From IMG/VR virus record IMGVR_UViG_3300029049_000006: a stretch of DNA of 64,000 bases. One strand, 5' to 3'. How positions within the stretch are numbered: position 1 is the first letter of the stretch; each line of letters opens with the position of its first letter. Of this stretch, positions 1-10,485 are shown in pieces. The position numbers and the translations under genes were made by a program. The stretch is from a virus. The notes under the pieces are model-generated. The model saw nothing but the letters and a program-made list of their open reading frames with translations. It did not search any database and was not told where the DNA came from.

Positions 1-1
1 G

Positions 2-181
2 TACGGCACCAGCCCTATGTTTACCATGCCCGTGTCCTCCGTGGATTCCGGGCGCAGCAATGATAACTACGGAAATTGGAACAATCCGTTTGTGTACCTC
101 GTCTGGATGTGGGCGTTCTCCATGTTCGGCGGCAATGGCCTGTGGGGCAACAGGAACGGAGTGGGAACCGTAGAAACCTAA
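2..181 (+). CDS. hypothetical protein, 5'-truncated at window edge
   Basis: Frame open from window start to TAA at 179-181; Gly/Trp/Asn-rich C-terminus; no recognisable family. Confidence 0.3.
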   Translation, partial: YGTSPMFTMPVSSVDSGRSNDNYGNWNNPFVYLVWMWAFSMFGGNGLWGNRNGVGTVET

Positions 182-265
182 GCGATTACCGCGTCTCAGG
201 TCGATGACATCAGGGCGCAGGTAGCCGCTATCCGTCAAGGGATTGAATGCGGCGACGCAAACATC

Positions 266-919
266 ATGCGGGCCGTTGACCAGCTCGCCGATACCGCACG
301 CGCCAACCAGATTAAAATTGACGGGGGCTTCACTGCCGTCAACCAAAACCTGTGTTCCGGCTTCGGCTCCGTCAACTCCAACATCTGCGACGCTAAGACG
401 GCTGTTCTTGGCGCCCTTTGCAACATCGAGCACAACCTCGCCATGCAGGGCTGCCAGTTCGCCAACCAAATGCAGCAGTGCTGCTGCGAACTCAAGACCG
501 CTATCGGCGATGTCGAATGCAGCATAGAAAAAGGCCTCCTGAATCAGACGATTCAGCTCAACCAGGGGCTGTGCGGCGTCAACCAGAACATTCAGCAGAC
601 TGGCACGCAAATTGCCAATGGCATTTCCAACCTCGGATTTACCATTCAGCAGCAGTTCTGCAACACGAACAGTCTGATTGAAGCGAACACGAGAGCCGTG
701 CAGGCGGAAGGCGCCATGACCCGTCAGCTGCTGGTTGACCAGGTGAAGGATGCCGAAATCTCCCGGCTTCGCGGCATCGTCGCAGAAAACAGCCAGCAAA
801 GGCAGACTACGGAACTGTTTGCCGCCCAGCAGGCCCAGACGGCTACTCTGCTGCCCCTGTTGCAGCAGATTATCAACAACACGACGAAGAACAACAGCTC
901 TGCTACGGCAACTGCCTAA
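266..919 (+). CDS. hypothetical Asn/Gln/Cys-rich repeat protein
   Basis: 217-aa ORF with reiterated NQ-x-I/C motifs and many Cys; upstream of head module. Confidence 0.4.
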   Translation: MRAVDQLADTARANQIKIDGGFTAVNQNLCSGFGSVNSNICDAKTAVLGALCNIEHNLAMQGCQFANQMQQCCCELKTAIGDVECSIEKGLLNQTIQLNQGLCGVNQNIQQTGTQIANGISNLGFTIQQQFCNTNSLIEANTRAVQAEGAMTRQLLVDQVKDAEISRLRGIVAENSQQRQTTELFAAQQAQTATLLPLLQQIINNTTKNNSSATATA

Positions 920-1020
920 TCGTCAATTCAGGCTTCCCGCCTTTTACCGGGCGGGGGCCTTTTTGAATCCTGGGGCGTTACCGCCCCTAAACATCAAGCC
1001 AGAAAGGAGAATTGACGACA

Positions 1021-1662
1021 ATGTTCGGAAATATGATGCCCGGAATGCCGGGCGCAAATCCCGCCGCAGGAGGTATGGGAATGCCTCCCATGTTTCCAGG
1101 CATGCCGGGCATGGGTTCCGCCATGCCTACTCAGGCGGAGGTGCAGGCTCAAATTGAGCGGCATATCCAAGAAACGATGGTCCGAATGCTCGAAGAACCG
1201 ACTCCGGAAGTGGAAACCGCCATACTAAAGGCGTGCAAGAAACTTCTCCGCAAGCACGGCTTCCTGGAATCGGACGCGATACGCAGCAAGCACCACCGCG
1301 AGGAGGCAGATAAGGAGGAACACGCCCATGACCCGTTTTCTGCGGACAACGAAGAGGCGGAAGACGAACACCGCTGCCATGCCTGGGATAAAAACCCTAT
1401 GGGGCGGCTGTTTCTGCTCGTCGATGAACTACAGGAGCTGGCCTACAAGGGCCACGGTCCGCAAGTCATCGAAAAGCGCTTCCGGGAAGCATGCTCGGAC
1501 GACGTGTGCGACGAAGAACTTAAAGTGATGGGCCGTCTGGTCATGGCTGACGGGTTCAGAAAGCACGCATCGGCGCTCGGAATGACCAAGGAAGCCTTCA
1601 AAAAGCATCTTGCGTCCATTGCCGACAAAATCAAACGCGAAAGCATGGACGACGAAGACTGA
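1021..1662 (+). CDS. hypothetical protein (Met/Pro/Gly-rich N-terminus, acidic C-terminus)
   Basis: ATG 1021 preceded by AGGAGA at 1005-1010; ORF-track start 1012 is TTG. Confidence 0.45.
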   Translation: MFGNMMPGMPGANPAAGGMGMPPMFPGMPGMGSAMPTQAEVQAQIERHIQETMVRMLEEPTPEVETAILKACKKLLRKHGFLESDAIRSKHHREEADKEEHAHDPFSADNEEAEDEHRCHAWDKNPMGRLFLLVDELQELAYKGHGPQVIEKRFREACSDDVCDEELKVMGRLVMADGFRKHASALGMTKEAFKKHLASIADKIKRESMDDED

Positions 1663-1766
1663 CGGCTTTTTATATTGGTTATTGCGAGGTTGCGGGCTTG
1701 ATTGGCTGGATGCCGTCAGGCCCGCAATTTTATTGACTTGACCCCGCGTTGTGCTATCCCGAAACC

Positions 1767-2210
1767 ATGTCTGTTACTACTATTTGCAGTACGACGGCAG
1801 CCGCCGTAATTGGCGCTCTGGCCATTTCATCCTGTTCCCAGGTGTGGGATGTGACAGCCCAGCGGCAGGCGAAAGAAGCCGTCATTTCCATTACCGTGTC
1901 GTCCAGGGTGCGGAATGACCCGAATCCCCCGCAGCGGGAAGTTGCGTACAAGACCGTGGCGGCGGTGTTGAGTGAATGCATTGATTCCGGGAACACCGAT
2001 TCCGCTACACTGAAATCCGGCATTTACTCCGCTCTGGATAAGGTGTTTTCCGCTAAACTGGCCGATAAAATCACCGGGGAAATCATGGACATGATTATCG
2101 ACCTGGCGGGTTCCGCCAAGGACCCGGACAAGCTGCTTGCTGCAGAAAAGCTGGTGCTGGACAGCATCAAAGCCGGGCTTGACATGTCGGAAACGGTCGT
2201 AGTACGGTAA
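1767..2210 (+). CDS. putative lipoprotein
   Basis: In-frame ATG 1767 gives MSVTTICSTTAAAVIGALAISSC, a signal peptide with lipobox-like LAISSC. Confidence 0.4.
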   Translation: MSVTTICSTTAAAVIGALAISSCSQVWDVTAQRQAKEAVISITVSSRVRNDPNPPQREVAYKTVAAVLSECIDSGNTDSATLKSGIYSALDKVFSAKLADKITGEIMDMIIDLAGSAKDPDKLLAAEKLVLDSIKAGLDMSETVVVR

Positions 2211-2269
2211 GGGCCGTCCTGACAGACGCACAGGATAAAGCCCAGTTGAAATCATGAGAGAGATGGCAG

Positions 2270-2316
2270 CCTGTCGGGGGAGTGGCGTGTAAAATCCCCT
2301 GACAGGTTGCTTTTTT
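2270..2316 (+). terminator. intrinsic terminator
   Basis: 12-bp stem CCTGTCGGGGGA/TCCCCTGACAGG (one G-U), 13-nt loop, followed by TTGCTTTTTTCTTG. Confidence 0.6.
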
Positions 2317-2355
2317 CTTGTTGACCTTCATATCCCTGCCTCGCAATATTCCGGT

Positions 2356-3171
2356 ATGCCGTTTGTTCGTGTTGTGAAAAAAGTTCCTGCCCGCCTGGCG
2401 CCCATAGTAAAAAAAACGGTTGACCCGCTAACCGGAAAAGTCGTCTTCTGGAAAACCCCGGAAGGCAAAACGTTGGCGGGAAAAGTAGCCTCGGTTCACG
2501 GCGGCACGGCTTCGGTGCAACTGGCCGCCCCCTGCGGGAAAAAAGAGCTTATGCTCTCGGATGCTACCGTCACCCTTCCTGCGGACCTTCTGGGAACGGT
2601 TGACCTTCCCGTGCATTCCGGGATTGCCAAGGCATGGGAGCAGTCATCGTTTTTCAAAAAGGTCATCGCCATCACGGAAAAGGACGAGGGCATGGAACGG
2701 GTTAAAGACTACCTTAACGTCACCATTGAAGGCTACGGCTCCACGTTTGAAAACTTTACCAAAGCCGACCGCGCCGGGGATAAGATTCTTCCTTCCGCGT
2801 TTGATGAGACGCTGGACGATTTCAGGCGCAATCCGGTGATGCTCCGGGACCACTGGATGGACACCGACCACACGATAGGCAAGTGGACCTCTGTGGAGAC
2901 GGACGCCAAGGGCCTTCGCATGGTAGGACAGCTTTCCAACGCTGACGACGTGCGGGATGTCCGGTTTAAGATTGCCGAGGGCATTTTGACTACCCTGTCC
3001 ATTGGCGGCCTCTTTCTTTATCAGGACGACAGCTCCACCATCGAAAAGATTTACCTGTATGAAACGTCCGTGGTTGTCGTGCCGTGCAATCCGGACGCGA
3101 CCTTTGCCGTGCGCTCGCTGGACATTGACACAGTTACCAAGGCATTTGATTTCAGGAGATTTTTTTCATAA
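2356..3171 (+). CDS. prohead maturation protease, HK97 family (Peptidase S78/U35-like)
   Basis: Motif IEGYGSTFENFTKADRAGDKILPSAFDETL matches the GYAS.F...D..GD.I..GAF signature of HK97 prohead proteases; sits just upstream of the capsid gene. Confidence 0.7.
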   Translation: MPFVRVVKKVPARLAPIVKKTVDPLTGKVVFWKTPEGKTLAGKVASVHGGTASVQLAAPCGKKELMLSDATVTLPADLLGTVDLPVHSGIAKAWEQSSFFKKVIAITEKDEGMERVKDYLNVTIEGYGSTFENFTKADRAGDKILPSAFDETLDDFRRNPVMLRDHWMDTDHTIGKWTSVETDAKGLRMVGQLSNADDVRDVRFKIAEGILTTLSIGGLFLYQDDSSTIEKIYLYETSVVVVPCNPDATFAVRSLDIDTVTKAFDFRRFFS

Positions 3172-3389
3172 TCAGCTTTCTTGCTCCGGATTGTCAGCCG
3201 GAATGTGAGGATAAACAAGGGAAACGCAAGGGACCGGAACGCCGGGAGGCGCCCCGCAATCCTTTGAGCATTTTCCGCTTCGTACATAGGAATATTGACG
3301 GGATGTACCCGCTTCCTGCTCCGCTCTGCCGGTCCGGGAGGCGGGTTTTCCTTTACTGGGATTGCCCGCGCCGATACTATGGCGGGGCA

Positions 3390-3839
3390 ATGATTGATAG
3401 AACTCAGACCAGAAAAGACCCGCAGGCATTCATACGTGCCATTGATTCCATGCATGATGCCCTGGAAACCGCCACCAGAAGTTTGCGCCGTGGGGCGCAG
3501 GTGTTCCGGTTTTCCGACTCCAAGGGGAACTACCCCCGCATTGATGACCTTTCCGCCACCGAACGGTTGGAGTTCCAGAAGAAACTTGCTGCCGTGTCGG
3601 ATGCCTTGCAGGATTTATACGCCTTTTTCGGATTTCCGGAAGACGTGCCCCCGGTGAAAACCGTCCTGCACCATATTCTGGATAGCACGCCGGATGCTGT
3701 TGCCGTCCCAAAAGTAATGGAGCCTGCACCCTGCGCCAAACCGCCAACGCAGATGCAGAAATCATGCCCGCTGGCAATCGCTACGCAGGCCGAACAGGAC
3801 AAACAGCGCATGGAAATTATCAAAGTAGAGGTGGACTAA
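3390..3839 (+). CDS. hypothetical protein (position suggests scaffold/head accessory)
   Basis: First in-frame ATG of the 3264..3839 frame; between protease and capsid genes. Confidence 0.35.
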   Translation: MIDRTQTRKDPQAFIRAIDSMHDALETATRSLRRGAQVFRFSDSKGNYPRIDDLSATERLEFQKKLAAVSDALQDLYAFFGFPEDVPPVKTVLHHILDSTPDAVAVPKVMEPAPCAKPPTQMQKSCPLAIATQAEQDKQRMEIIKVEVD

Positions 3840-3840
3840 A

Positions 3841-3861
3841 AATTTGCAATGATTGCAAATT
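3841..3861. promoter_or_regulatory. 21-bp palindrome copy (AATTTGCAAT-G-ATTGCAAATT)
   Basis: Perfect inverted repeat directly after stop codon 3837-3839, upstream of capsid gene. Confidence 0.8.
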
Positions 3862-4015
3862 TTATTGACGCCCTACTGCCCCTTTGTTAGTCAAACGTTA
3901 AGCACATGCGTATTTTTTACATGCAGCGCGTCCAGAAATCCGCGAAAGTACGGCGGCTGTCTGTGAGGAATGATTGCAGCATTTTCGCTTAACAGTCTAA
4001 CCGCTACAAAAAACA

Positions 4016-5674
4016 ATGTTGACCGAAGAACAGAAAAAGCGCCTTGCCGCTCTCCATATTAAGGATGCCGCAGCCCTCACCGAACAGGAACAGAAGGAAC
4101 TTGCCGCACTGACCACTATGGCCGAAGTGGACGGGTTATCTATTGACGACGCCTTTATGGCACAGTATGGCCCGACCGAAGACCGACCCCTGACCGGCGA
4201 CGAGCTGAAAAAGCACATTTCCGACGCCGTAACCGAGGGCCTGAAACACTACTCCGGGAATATGGACGTGTCCAAGCTGGCCGAGGAAATCACGAAAAGC
4301 CTGAACATTCCGGACACCGGGAAGGGGATTGCCCCCGAAGACCTGAAATCCGCGGTGGCTTCCGCCCTCAGCGCAGAAGCTATCATTGAGAGCCTGCAAA
4401 GCAAGCTGCCCACCGTACCGGGCGAGGACCAAATCAAGAAACTAGTGGAAGAAGTTGTGAACGCTAACCTGCGCAACCAGTCCAAGAACTTTTACCCCGT
4501 TGACGAAGACATCAACGTGCCGCTTTCCGGCCACAAGGGCAACCTGTCCGTGGCGGAATACCAGCTCCTGAACATCTGCAAGATGACCGGCAAGGTTATC
4601 GACGCGAAAAACGTCCCCACGGACATCAATGACGGCATCCCCGAATCCGTCCGGAAGTCCGCCGAACAGGCCGGGGCCAAGTTCGTTCAGTCGCTGAGGA
4701 TGGGCCGGAAGGATGTGTTCACCACCGGCGACGGGCACATCTTCCCGTCTGACCTGTCCAGCACTCTGCTTTACAGGCTGTATCTTGAGTCCCAGTTGGC
4801 CGCCGCGCTGATTTCCCAGGAAATCCCGATGCCGACCGACCCGTACACGCTGCCTATTGCCACCACCCGCATTAAGTACCGCAAAGGTTCCGAAGCCCCG
4901 GCTACTACGACTGCGGATAAAATCGGCCTGTCCGACGTTACGCTGAAAACGGCGAAACTTATCGGCATTACCGATTTCTCCTATGAAGCGGCCGAAGATT
5001 CCATCATTCCGGTGCTTCCCATGCTCATGGACGACCTGGCCAAAGGTGCGGTGGAATCCCTGGAAAACGCCATCATCAATGGCGACACGGCGTCAACCCA
5101 CCAGGACAAGGACATCACGGCAGCCGACGATGCCGCCAAGCTGTTTGACGGACTCCGCAAGTTCGCTCTGGCGCAGGCTTCCTGCAAGGTTGACATGGCA
5201 ACCGGCGGCATCTCCGCCGCGTCCATCCTCAAAATGAAAGCCTCTATGGGCAAATACGGCCTGCGCCCCTCCGACCTGCTTCTGGTCGTGTCCGCCTCCG
5301 GCTACAACACCATGCTTGGGCTGGATGAAACGCTGACCGTGGACAAGGCGGGGCCTGGGGTCGCAAGAATCCTTACCGGCGTTGTGCCGTCCATCTATAA
5401 CATCCCGATTATCGTGTCGGAAGCCATCAAGGCCACCAACACTTCCGGCGTTGTGGATGCCACGGACACCAACAACATCAAGGATTCCCTGCTTCTGCTC
5501 TACAAGCCGTCGCTGATTCTCGGCTCTCGACGGGGCTTCACCGTGGAATCCGAAGTGGACAAGAAGCGCCAGGTCAACAGCCTGATTGCTTCCTTCCGCA
5601 GGGACTTCAAACTTAAGGAGCCGCTTTCCAGTGCGCCTACGGTCATTCTCGGCTACGGTGCGCCTATCCTGTAA
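4016..5674 (+). CDS. major capsid protein (HK97-fold type) with N-terminal coiled-coil delta-like domain
   Basis: 552 aa; follows prohead protease; N-terminal ~120 aa EQKK/EL-rich coiled coil like HK97 gp5 delta domain; followed by strong terminator. Confidence 0.6.
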   Translation: MLTEEQKKRLAALHIKDAAALTEQEQKELAALTTMAEVDGLSIDDAFMAQYGPTEDRPLTGDELKKHISDAVTEGLKHYSGNMDVSKLAEEITKSLNIPDTGKGIAPEDLKSAVASALSAEAIIESLQSKLPTVPGEDQIKKLVEEVVNANLRNQSKNFYPVDEDINVPLSGHKGNLSVAEYQLLNICKMTGKVIDAKNVPTDINDGIPESVRKSAEQAGAKFVQSLRMGRKDVFTTGDGHIFPSDLSSTLLYRLYLESQLAAALISQEIPMPTDPYTLPIATTRIKYRKGSEAPATTTADKIGLSDVTLKTAKLIGITDFSYEAAEDSIIPVLPMLMDDLAKGAVESLENAIINGDTASTHQDKDITAADDAAKLFDGLRKFALAQASCKVDMATGGISAASILKMKASMGKYGLRPSDLLLVVSASGYNTMLGLDETLTVDKAGPGVARILTGVVPSIYNIPIIVSEAIKATNTSGVVDATDTNNIKDSLLLLYKPSLILGSRRGFTVESEVDKKRQVNSLIASFRRDFKLKEPLSSAPTVILGYGAPIL

Positions 5675-5714
5675 ATCTGTGTGACCCCATAGATTACTTG
5701 TAATTTGTATTTTA

Positions 5715-5758
5715 GCCGGGAGGCATACATTGTATGCTTTCCGGCTTTTTCTTTGATT
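5715..5758 (+). terminator. intrinsic terminator after capsid gene
   Basis: Hairpin CCGGgagGCATAC-att-GTATGCtttCCGG then CTTTTTCTTTGATTTT. Confidence 0.55.
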
Positions 5759-5785
5759 TTCAATTTTTTCCATCTCACCCACCGC

Positions 5786-6121
5786 ATGAATTCACAGCAA
5801 ATCAAGTTTTGGGCGCAACAGCACCCGGCGCTGGTCTGCGCCAATTTCATTGCCGACGCTTACGGCCTCGGCGCGGAAGAACTCAACCTGCTGACGGAAA
5901 AGCTTGACCGGAAAAGCCAGCTCGGAAAGCCGAAAAAAGTGCTAATCCGGACGTTGCAGCTTTTGAAATACCCGTCAATGGACGTAGCCCAGGCTTTTGA
6001 CACCACGCCTAAGTACATCACTTTGATATGGGGCAAGGTGCGGAAAGACCCGGAACTGGAACTGGTGGCGAACCGCATTTACCAGAAAACGATGCAAACG
6101 ATTAACCGTGTGAAACCGTAA
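5786..6121 (+). CDS. hypothetical protein
   Basis: ATG 5786 in frame of ORF 5705..6121; protein-like composition. Confidence 0.4.
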   Translation: MNSQQIKFWAQQHPALVCANFIADAYGLGAEELNLLTEKLDRKSQLGKPKKVLIRTLQLLKYPSMDVAQAFDTTPKYITLIWGKVRKDPELELVANRIYQKTMQTINRVKP

Positions 6122-6176
6122 TTGCCGGAAAAAGGTTTATCTTGTATTTTGGCTATTTTTTTTTACCGTTGCAGTC

Positions 6177-6752
6177 ATGAGAAATGCTACCTACTTAGGC
6201 CCCACAAAAAATATCGGCCGGTTTGGAATCTTACGAAAAAAGGATGTCGTATCTTTATACGAGTACGAAATCGAATCCATTGCCGGAACTAAGATTTTCC
6301 AGGTATCTGAATTGAGTTTTGGCGATTCCGTTCCTGAAAACGTCCAGCCGCTGGGAACCCCCGCTTACGACCTCCGCACCGTCCCCTGGAACCACCCCCA
6401 TTTGTTTAAGTGGCTGAAACGCCGTGGACACCAGACGTTGAAAAACATTGCCTGCGCCATAGAAAGCCTGGGCATCCAGTTGACTTTGGACAGCCGGAAA
6501 TCGGCCCTGTCCATAGCTGATGCTGTTTATGCGGCTGCCAAATATTTCAACTGGACGGCATTGACTGTTTCCGCCGTGAAAAGCCTGCCGTCCACCGTGG
6601 ACCGGACAACGCCTGAAATCCCGCAAACGGTCGAACCGGAAACAGAACCGGAACTGGAAGTGCAAGAAGAAGATGAAGAAAGCGGCGAAGCGGAAAAATC
6701 CTCCGCAATGTTCGGAGGGCAGGACGCGCAAACAAGACACAGAAGCCGGTGA
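6177..6752 (+). CDS. hypothetical protein with acidic C-terminus
   Basis: 191-aa ORF; EPETEPELEVQEEDEESGE tail. Confidence 0.4.
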   Translation: MRNATYLGPTKNIGRFGILRKKDVVSLYEYEIESIAGTKIFQVSELSFGDSVPENVQPLGTPAYDLRTVPWNHPHLFKWLKRRGHQTLKNIACAIESLGIQLTLDSRKSALSIADAVYAAAKYFNWTALTVSAVKSLPSTVDRTTPEIPQTVEPETEPELEVQEEDEESGEAEKSSAMFGGQDAQTRHRSR

Positions 6753-6756
6753 AGCA

Positions 6757-6948
6757 ATGACAGGAAATACCCATGATTTGAATGTCGCCAGTTTCCGCAG
6801 GCTTGCTTTGGACAGCGGCCATTCCGGTTCGGCTCTGGATACGATGGTAAAATCTTACGCCGCCGCGTCGTCTTCCGCCAAGCGCTGCATGGTGCAGGCG
6901 CTGATTCGTATCCGCTCGCAGAAAAACAAGGCCCCGCAAACCAAATAA
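6757..6948 (+). CDS. hypothetical small protein
   Basis: In-frame ATG 6757 of ORF 6673..6948. Confidence 0.3.
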   Translation: MTGNTHDLNVASFRRLALDSGHSGSALDTMVKSYAAASSSAKRCMVQALIRIRSQKNKAPQTK

Positions 6949-6960
6949 TCTGTTTCAGTC

Positions 6961-7542
6961 ATGGTTACTCCATTGCCTTATTGCACGCTCAGCGAAGTGC
7001 AGGCGGAAATTCGCAACTACGATGCCAACATCAACGATAAGTTGATTTCAGCCATTGAGCGGGCTACGGCATACATCGACGAGTACTGCCGGAAAACCTA
7101 TCAGCCTGTTGACCGGGTGTCGGTCCCTTTCCGCGTGCCGTCCCCCTGCGTTGCCGGAAAATCCATATTGCTTCCGTTTCCGGTCCGGGAACTGCTGAGC
7201 ATTGAGGACGGAGACCAGCACGGAGAAGCCCTCACCCCGCAAACGGTCGAATGGTACTCCGGTTCCACCCGCATTATCGCCCCAAGAAACCTTGTCAACC
7301 CGGTCAACATTTATGGCACGTTCGGCGGGGAATCCTCCAACAACGCGCAGGAACCTCCCTTGGATTTGCCCGCTGGAATACGGCGTGCCGCCGTGTTGAT
7401 TGCCGCCGCCTTTTCCGGGGAGTACAATCGCGAGCGCATTGACATCAATGGTGAGCGGCAAAACGTCCTCGAAACCTGGATTCCTAAAGAGGCCAAGGAG
7501 CTTCTGAATCGTTACGCCAGGACCCCCGCATCATATATTTGA
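6961..7542 (+). CDS. head-tail connector / adaptor (gp6-like)
   Basis: N-terminus LSEVQAEIRNYDANINDKLISAIERATAYIDEYCRKTY resembles the conserved gp6-like head-tail connector signature. Confidence 0.5.
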   Translation: MVTPLPYCTLSEVQAEIRNYDANINDKLISAIERATAYIDEYCRKTYQPVDRVSVPFRVPSPCVAGKSILLPFPVRELLSIEDGDQHGEALTPQTVEWYSGSTRIIAPRNLVNPVNIYGTFGGESSNNAQEPPLDLPAGIRRAAVLIAAAFSGEYNRERIDINGERQNVLETWIPKEAKELLNRYARTPASYI

Positions 7543-8174
7543 CGTTCATGGGCTGGATGCGCTGTAGATATGCTTCGGGCAATTTCAGCCGGGCGCTTTC
7601 CCGCATGGAAAAAGCCCTGTCGCCCCAGCGGCTGGACAAGGAGGTTGCCAAAAAGTGCGCGGATATTGTCAAGGCAAGGCTGGTGCGTCGCACCCCGAAA
7701 CGCTGGACGGGCCAGCTTCGCCGCAACTGGCGCACGGTGCAGTGGTCCACCGGAATATGGGTGGTGGAAAACCCGTCCCCGGTCATGTCGTATCTGGAAC
7801 ATGGCACCAGGCCGCATGGCGCTCGCGGATTCCGGCACACCAGCACCGGGAAGCGCGTCAGAAAAAAATTGTTCATCCCTCTGAATCGTCAAACCGCTAT
7901 GGCCTATTCAGCCCAGGGCGGCACGTTGGAATCAAAGCGCGAACTGTTCCGGAACGGTCGGTTTATCACGACAACCAGAAGAAACCGCCGGGGAATCAGA
8001 CAACAGCGCACCACGCAAAAGAAACTCATATACGGAAAAGATTATATACTGGCAAAACGAGTGAAAGGCATCCGGGCAAAGCATATTGTGGAAGGCATGC
8101 GGCCATTTGCCCGGAAGCTTCTCCGGATTGAAATGCGCCGGTATCTCCGGAAGGCGATTTTGGGCCGCATGTAA
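7539..8174 (+). CDS. HK97 gp10-family head-tail joining protein
   Basis: RRTPKRWTGQLRRNW matches tP.dTG.LR.S signature of HK97 gp10 family; ATGA overlap with upstream gene. Confidence 0.5.
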   Translation: MTFMGWMRCRYASGNFSRALSRMEKALSPQRLDKEVAKKCADIVKARLVRRTPKRWTGQLRRNWRTVQWSTGIWVVENPSPVMSYLEHGTRPHGARGFRHTSTGKRVRKKLFIPLNRQTAMAYSAQGGTLESKRELFRNGRFITTTRRNRRGIRQQRTTQKKLIYGKDYILAKRVKGIRAKHIVEGMRPFARKLLRIEMRRYLRKAILGRM

Positions 8175-8225
8175 ACCCGTCTTTTTTTTGTTTTGCCACG
8201 AACCGTTGCAGGCTATTTTAACCTT

Positions 8226-8825
8226 ATGAGCACTCAACCCATTGATACGTCAAAACTGCCTATGGCCCTGGCGCCGCTTTATGTTTTGCTGAACCGTCTG
8301 ACCGGGCACACAGATAAAGGGCGCATGCTTTACGGCCTGCGCCTGGAACTCTTCCCGGCAATGGCCAGGGTGCAAGGAAGAAAAGATTACCCGGTGCTTC
8401 GGATGCTGGTTCCAGCCCTTGGTTGCAGGCCCTCCGACGCGGGTTCCGGGTACCGGGCGGCAAAAAACCGGAACACGGAAGAATCTTCCTGCCTTACCCC
8501 GATGGACAGCCTGCTCACTGTGACATTTCAGTTGGAGACCTCCGCTGAGTCCGGCTGGTTCGGCCCGGAAGTCCCCAGGGGCCGCGACCGTTGCGCGCTG
8601 GGGCATCTTGACTGGCAATGCCTGATTATGGACGCAATGGAGACGGACTGGACCCGTGGAGACAATTTCATCGACATGCGTCTTTGCAAAACATTGCAAT
8701 CACCGTTTTCCATTGAGCTGACCGACGACCCAAGCCCCAACGAATCCAGTATTGCGTCATTGATTGTCGTCAACATGTCCCAGTCGTTCCTTCCGCGCGG
8801 TTCCCGGTATAGTACGCTTGTATAG
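8226..8825 (+). CDS. hypothetical tail-module protein
   Basis: ATG 8226 in frame of ORF 8193..8825; position between neck and tail tube genes. Confidence 0.35.
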   Translation: MSTQPIDTSKLPMALAPLYVLLNRLTGHTDKGRMLYGLRLELFPAMARVQGRKDYPVLRMLVPALGCRPSDAGSGYRAAKNRNTEESSCLTPMDSLLTVTFQLETSAESGWFGPEVPRGRDRCALGHLDWQCLIMDAMETDWTRGDNFIDMRLCKTLQSPFSIELTDDPSPNESSIASLIVVNMSQSFLPRGSRYSTLV

Positions 8826-8900
8826 CTTTATTTTTATTGACCCGCTATACAGCACCTAGCAAACTCTCACACAAACGGAGGAACCTTTTTTCACATTGCT

Positions 8901-9272
8901 ATGGCCGAAAGCAAATACAAACAATTTGGAGACGAGCTTACTTGGGGCGTACCCAAAGACGAAATGAGCTTGGTAACGCAGACTGTTACGTTTACGCAAA
9001 AATCCGACAAAAAGGAAGTGCGGGACCATGAAGGGGAAATCCGCACTGTCACTTATTACAACCAATCCGCGGATGTCACCATCGAAGGCTATGGCGACGC
9101 TTCCGCAAGCGTTGCTACCCGCATGACGATGCAAAACACGTTCCAGTCCGCCATGTCCGGGGCCTTGCTTATTGACCAGTGCCAGGTGTCCCTGTCAAAT
9201 GAGGACCACATCAAGTCATCCATCACGGCAGTGCTCTATCCGAACATTGCCGCATCGGGTTCAGAACCGTAA
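8901..9272 (+). CDS. putative major tail (tube) protein
   Basis: 123 aa; GGAGGA upstream; position ahead of chaperone-like ORFs and tape measure. Confidence 0.35.
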   Translation: MAESKYKQFGDELTWGVPKDEMSLVTQTVTFTQKSDKKEVRDHEGEIRTVTYYNQSADVTIEGYGDASASVATRMTMQNTFQSAMSGALLIDQCQVSLSNEDHIKSSITAVLYPNIAASGSEP

Positions 9273-9340
9273 GCGAATTTTCACGCTTTGAAAATTGACG
9301 CGCCCTTGCTGTTTTTTTACAGTAAGGGCGCATTGCCGTT

Positions 9341-9847
9341 ATGACCGATACCCCGAACTCGTCCCCTCCCGCCGCGTTTGCTTTTGAGCAGGCGCAATTA
9401 GATGCCATGCGCCTTAATGGCCAGCACTTCGTCTATACGAAAGACACGGAAATCGCCGCCATGCTCGCTATATGCGGATATCGGCTGAAAAGCCCGAAAA
9501 ACGATTATGTCATGGAGACCAAGGCGGGTAAAAAAGTGTATGCCTGGACATTTTATGATGACGTTATCGACATCAATCTTCCCCCCCCGTATAAAACGGC
9601 GTCGCTGAAAGCCGTTATGCAGCTTATTGCCAAGCACGGGGAATCGGGGTTTGCTTCCGAATTTCCCGACTGCATGCTTTCCCCGCTGCTCCTGCTGCGG
9701 ACCACCCGGAACAAGTTCCAGCAAAAGCTTGATGCCTGCGACCATACTTATGTTGTCTTCCTTGCCGGGGCTACGGACAGATACTGCTACCCCAAAAATT
9801 CCCCCAGGGCAAAGCTCTTCCGGGAAAAAGGCATCCCGCAATTATAA
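9341..9847 (+). CDS. hypothetical protein (possible tail assembly chaperone)
   Basis: Position upstream of tape measure gene. Confidence 0.3.
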   Translation: MTDTPNSSPPAAFAFEQAQLDAMRLNGQHFVYTKDTEIAAMLAICGYRLKSPKNDYVMETKAGKKVYAWTFYDDVIDINLPPPYKTASLKAVMQLIAKHGESGFASEFPDCMLSPLLLLRTTRNKFQQKLDACDHTYVVFLAGATDRYCYPKNSPRAKLFREKGIPQL

Positions 9848-9864
9848 CTTTGATTCTTCCCGCG

Positions 9865-9884
9865 AATTTGCAATCATTGCAAAT
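9865..9884. promoter_or_regulatory. 21-bp palindrome copy
   Basis: AATTTGCAATCATTGCAAAT between 9341..9847 and 9910..10485. Confidence 0.8.
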
Positions 9885-9909
9885 CGTCCATCCAACCGCA
9901 CAATCTACT

Positions 9910-10485
9910 ATGGCCGCACAATCATCATCTGATATTGCTTCACTTGCCGCGCAGCTGGCGGCAGCCCCGCTTCCGGGAGACGGAGGAAAAGCCTCCGCCA
10001 TTTCCGAACCTTCCCGCATGCTTCCGCAGGAAAAATATGACCATGACCTGTCGGAATTGTTTCTCACGGAGGGCACGACGGATATCGCCGGATATAAAGT
10101 CGCTTCTCCTACCCTGGCTTCATTTATGCTGCTGGAATTGCTCGGAAACAGTTTCGTCATGGTTGAAAATCTTGGCCAGATTCCGGCAAACCTGTTCACG
10201 TTTACTACCGTTCAGGCATTGGCCGTCCTGCGTTTCAAGGACACCTACAAACTGGTGAAAATGATTGCCGAAGACCGGGACGCTTTTGACCGTCTGGTGC
10301 TGCGCATGGCCGAAGAGCTTCCGGCATCAACCCCCGTACTGGACATAGCCGTTGCTATCGTTGAATTGATGAACAACGGAAAACGGTCGAGCGCCAAGGA
10401 ATCCCCCAACCCGAAAAAGCGTCAGGCCCCGGCAAAAGGAAAAAAAGCGTCAAGCCGCCGTGGTGGTTCATCACAGCCAGCATAG
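9910..10485 (+). CDS. hypothetical protein (possible tail assembly chaperone; basic C-terminus)
   Basis: ATG 9910; C-terminal KKRQAPAKGKKASSRRGG. Confidence 0.3.
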   Translation: MAAQSSSDIASLAAQLAAAPLPGDGGKASAISEPSRMLPQEKYDHDLSELFLTEGTTDIAGYKVASPTLASFMLLELLGNSFVMVENLGQIPANLFTFTTVQALAVLRFKDTYKLVKMIAEDRDAFDRLVLRMAEELPASTPVLDIAVAIVELMNNGKRSSAKESPNPKKRQAPAKGKKASSRRGGSSQPA